Under the pieces are notes generated by a model. That model ran no database searches and was not told the DNA's origin. It saw only the letters and a program-made list of their open reading frames with translations. The position numbers were made by a program, and so were the translations under genes. A stretch of DNA of 64,000 bases from Bugula neritina (taxonomy: Eukaryota; Animalia; Bryozoa): assembly GCA_964035545.1 (NCBI GenBank), contig OZ037765.1, positions 34,409,504-34,473,503 on the forward strand, read 5' to 3'. Within the stretch, counting starts at the first letter, position 1; every line of letters begins with the position of its first letter. Shown one piece after another: positions 59,792 to 64,000 of this stretch.

Positions 59792-62700
59792 ATGTCTCAA
59801 CAACCACCTCCCCAATATGGTAAGTTCTACTAATAATATTATTTGTATAACAGGATTAGTAAAGAAACTGTTAGCACTTGGGTGAATGTGAAATCTTATA
59901 GTTATACTATACTAATACTCTGACTCTAGTTTAAACCAACATCAGTAAAATTCAATCTATTTATCAATTACTTGCTATTATTTCTGTTGATGTTGGAGTT
60001 GGTTATGATTTCAAACCCATGGCCATAGGATAGGGCACAGGGAAAACTTTAATCACTGCCCCTTATACACGAGTTAATTCTTCAATCAGAATATGTAGAA
60101 ATTAATTTCTCTACAGAATAAATACATTTATATTATGTAGTTGGCAGCTGAAGTTAATCAAGTTTATTTAAACTTATATTTAATTGGAAGTACTTCTATG
60201 AATATATGTACCTTTGGCTTTTATCGGAAATCTACAATGGAATTAGGAAATACATTAAATTTAATATACTTTTTACTCAACTCTTGATGTAATCAATGAG
60301 ATATTACATGATAGTAATAATAATGCTTATATTATTATCACACTGATTGTGTGAGTGTACACTAATAACTAGAAAAGTATATATACATTCACATTCTTGT
60401 CCCACTACTATTACATAATTATAATATGCAGTAGAGTCCAAGTAGAGAGAAGTTGACCCTTGAGTTACCAATAAACTTGTTACTGGACTCGTCATGTAGC
60501 TAAGAAAACAAATATTTGTTCTTCATTTTGTGCACAGCAAGTTATATTATGTTTACACTTGTGGTATTATTTATAACACATCACTTTCTCAGAGGATTCT
60601 GGAGAATGTTTAAGTGTGAGCTTGGCAGCTTTTGTGCTACTTTCTTGTTCAACTTATAGAATTATCAGTCTCACTTTTGCTGACACTAAAAATCACACCT
60701 AGCTGTTTGAGCAGGGAACATTTCTCAACTGTTGGCCCTGTAAAACCTAAACTCTGTGTAGAGTGAAAAAAGAATTCGAAACTGTCATATCTATTGCTGA
60801 AAGTATACAACTATAACTATTCAGCGAGGCTTAGCTCTCGAATAAAACTAGTAACAGCTGTTCATGATATCAAAGTATTGGTTGTTAAATTCAATCTTTG
60901 TCTTTTGGAGAAAATATTGATCAGTGTCTTTCTTATCAAAGTTTCATAGAATGTAAATCAAAAGCCCGGAGTCACAACGTAATACCTAAACAGCATTTCT
61001 CACCTTAATGAGTCAAACTCAAGTTAAATGGAGTCTAGAGTCAAGTCATACATTGATTCTAAGTGGGTCTTGAGTATACAATAGTTTGCATAAATGTCTT
61101 TTGCTTTTTGTTATAGCAAACAAATTCGAATTGTTTATAAAATGTTTAGTTGTATTTTACACACCAAATGAATGTGAGAAATCTGTATATCAGAAAGGGT
61201 AGCCAATGGACTAACAACCAATCAACATAAAGTTTATTATTAATATAACAATACTCATGATTGGCTTAGAATATTAACATAAATTTCCTGTTATTTGATT
61301 TAAATCATTTAGCTTATCCAATCAATTTCAGGGGAGACTGGTTTTGAAAAGTATGAGGCAGTTTAACATCAGCAAATTTATGTGTGTAAATAAATGAAAC
61401 AGAAATAATGTTTAGTATAAGTAGAAAGTATAGCCATGCATTATTATATATAAATAGACGATGTAAATTTGGTACATTTAGTACCTTGTACCAACTCTAG
61501 AATACTCACCACTATAACTTATATAAACTTCTGCAAGTTCAAATGCAAAATGCATACTTTTAGAAAATAGCTGTGCAACTTTTATTACATGCATTATTTT
61601 ATTTCATATCTTAAATTTATGAACCATGAGTTCATTTTTCAAAATGTTTAAATTAAGTGCTCAAAAAATGCAATTAAAATTTTTATTCTTGCACAAATAC
61701 CCTGGTGCAGTTTGACCACAACCCCAGCTGTTTTGGCAAACACATTTAATGGTTTTTTTATTGACATAGTGGTGAATGAGCTGGTTGTTTTTGGCAGTTG
61801 GGTAGACTTGAAGCTTGGCAGCTTTTAAACAATTCTGATTGGCAGGATTTTACACGATAAGTTGATGTTTGTATCTGATTGGCCTAATAATGCATTTGCA
61901 TTTGAAAATGTAGAGTTTTATTTAAGCTATAATGGTGATATTTTAGAGTTGGTACACACCCCTTTTGGGTTGAGTTTTATAGTCTGTTCCTGCTGTAGTC
62001 ATCTACAACAACAGTGTATAGGGAAATTATTAGTATTACGAAATCTGTTTTGGCTTACTTTGCTATGCCAGTATTCTGACTTAGTTTTGTTATAATCAAC
62101 TATGTCGGCAGTTAAAACTGAGGGTGATTTCATCAAAGGTGGACATTGCTGAGGCCTTAGAACATCAAATCAACCAGTGCTGTTACTTGGTTGTATTGTA
62201 AAGCAGTAGTGAGAGCATAGCACACTATCACAGTCACTGAGCTGCAATGACAGTATGTAAGGCACGTCAAAACACTAGCCTAGTCTCTGTTAGTATGTAG
62301 AGCAGTAGCACAGTTACAGCAGTCACACCACCCCTCTCTATCCTGTCTACCAAGTACAGAGGTTGCAATAATGATAATCATTTCATGATTTAGTTTTAAA
62401 TCAATGCATACTATTAAATACATTCTCATAGTCTAATGTAATAAATTATAAAAAAGTTGTTTAACATGCACATTACAAGTGCATTAGCCTACGCTAACTA
62501 TAAATTATTTGCTTGTGTACCCGCACTATTATTTTATTTTAAATTTGTAAAACAGTAGCTTTTTACTCTGTCACATATTCATCTGCATTGGATTTAAATG
62601 CACAGCTATTAGCAATAGATAATGTAAAAATTTTGTATAAAAATGAGTATTAGCATGTAGTGCCTTGCATGTGGGTCTATATTGTTTTGACGTGCCTTAT

Positions 62701-63715
62701 ATAAGATAATATAATAGAACTGACGAGTTTGGTGTAGCCACTGTCATTGCAGCTCAGCGACTGTGATAGTGTGCTATGCTCTCACTACTGCTTTACAATA
62801 CAACCAAGTAACAGCACTGGTTGATTTGATGTTCTAAGGCCTCAGCAATGTCTACCTTTGATGAAATCACCCTCAGTTTTAACTGCCGACATAGTTGATT
62901 ATAACAAAACTAAGTCAGAATACTGGCATAGCAAAGTAAGCCAAAACAGATTTCGTAATACTAATAATTTCCCTATACACTGTTGTTGTAGATGACTACA
63001 GCAGGAACAGACTATAAAACTCAACCCAAAAGGGGTGTGTGCCAACTCTAAAATATCACCATTATAGCTTAAATAAAACTCTACATTTTCAAATGCAAAT
63101 GCATTATTAGGCCAATCAGATACAAACATCAACTTATCGTGTGAAATCCTGCCAATCAGAATTGTTTAAAAGCTGCCAAGCTTCAAGTCTACCCAACTGC
63201 CAAAAACAACCAGCTCATTCACCACTATGTCAATAAAAAAACCATTAAATGTGTTTGCCAAAACAGCTGGGGTTGTGGTCAAACTGCACCAGGGTATTTG
63301 TGCAAGAATAAAAATTTTAATTGCATTTTTTGAGCACTTAATTTAAACATTTTGAAAAATGAACTCATGGTTCATAAATTTAAGATATGAAATAAAATAA
63401 TGCATGTAATAAAAGTTGCACAGCTATTTTCTAAAAGTATGCATTTTGCATTTGAACTTGCAGAAGTTTATATAAGTTATAGTGGTGAGTATTCTAGAGT
63501 TGGTACAAGGTACTAAATGTACCAAATTTACATCGTCTATTAGCATAATCAGGCAACAACCTGAAGAGTGATACTGAGGGGAAGTGTTACTGCAGCCACT
63601 TCTGTATGCTACGCCTTTTATTTCTCATTCAGACAAAGACGTGGAAGCAGGAGCACCTCTAGTCAATCAAGGCTACCCGCCCCAACAGCCACAAGTTTTA
63701 ATCGTAGGAGCCCAG
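59792..63715 (+). CDS. 5' part of a small PPxY-containing protein (LITAF/BRI3-like?); continues beyond the window
   Basis: Exons 59792-59819 and 63633-63715 splice in phase 1 with good consensus sites to give MSQQPPPQYDKDVEAGAPLVNQGYPPQQPQVLIVGAQ. The diagnostic domain is not in the window. Confidence 0.6.
61453..63541. mobile_element. 2.1-kb foldback element with ~800-bp near-identical inverted arms and ~410-bp spacer
   Basis: Termini AATAGACG...CGTCTATT. Left arm 61453-~62274 mirrors right arm ~62682-63541, with a few substitutions and one ~37-bp indel near the inner end. No transposase. Confidence 0.92.
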
Positions 63716-64000
63716 GTAACGGTGATTGATCTAATTTAAAGTTGTTAGCAGTTGAAACCATTATGATAAATGAGGTACGTTCCACCTTTCTGCAGAGTCT
63801 GAAGTAGCTGCTATGAGACGGTGATAAGTACAGTGTATACAGTGTGTGTGTTCTACCATCATCTGTGTGAAATGGTAAATATATGGTGCCTGCAGATTAG
63901 CCTGTGTTGCGATGGTGGGCGTGTTCTATAGAATATTTGCTGCTGAGCAGTACTAAGACAATAATATTATTGTAGTAGTAGCATGAAGGCAGTTGGTTAG

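Noticed and set aside
61862-63132. Two near-identical 77-aa ORFs on opposite strands
   Set aside because: They are mirror images from the foldback arms, with no recognisable protein features.
1-64000. Species assignment
   Set aside because: Gene content shows an invertebrate metazoan with Sec machinery and U12 introns, but nothing in the window lets me name the taxon without a database search.

Overview
AT-rich, intron-rich genomic DNA from an invertebrate animal, not a prokaryote: GT-AG spliced genes, one U12-type intron, a UGA-selenocysteine gene, a LINE fragment, MITE/foldback elements and many intronic minisatellites. Most long ORFs in the supplied track are repeat artefacts, so genes were assembled exon by exon. 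Gene order: (1) a 14-exon, ~1381-aa LRR-Roc-COR (Roco GTPase) protein fused in frame to a complete C-terminal caspase domain (+); (2) NOL11 (+); (3) a TARP/stargazin (CACNG)-like gene (-); (4) a divergently transcribed claudin/PMP22-superfamily gene (+); (5) UQCC4/CCSMST1-like (-); (6) MRE11 (+); (7) selenoprotein M (+); (8) an uncharacterised gene with two tandem Cys-containing domains (-); (9) PTAR1 (-); (10) the 5' part of a small PPxY gene (+) that carries a 2.1-kb foldback element in an intron. The main finding is gene 1. It looks like a one-component sensor/switch/executioner: a possibly myristoylated N-terminus, four recently duplicated symmetric 144-nt LRR exons that vary mainly at ligand-facing positions, a Roc-COR dimerisation switch, and a caspase with SHG and HACSG active-site motifs but no death-fold prodomain. 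A second theme is that minisatellites repeatedly amplify the splice sites themselves. All homology calls come from remembered family motifs; no database searches were run.
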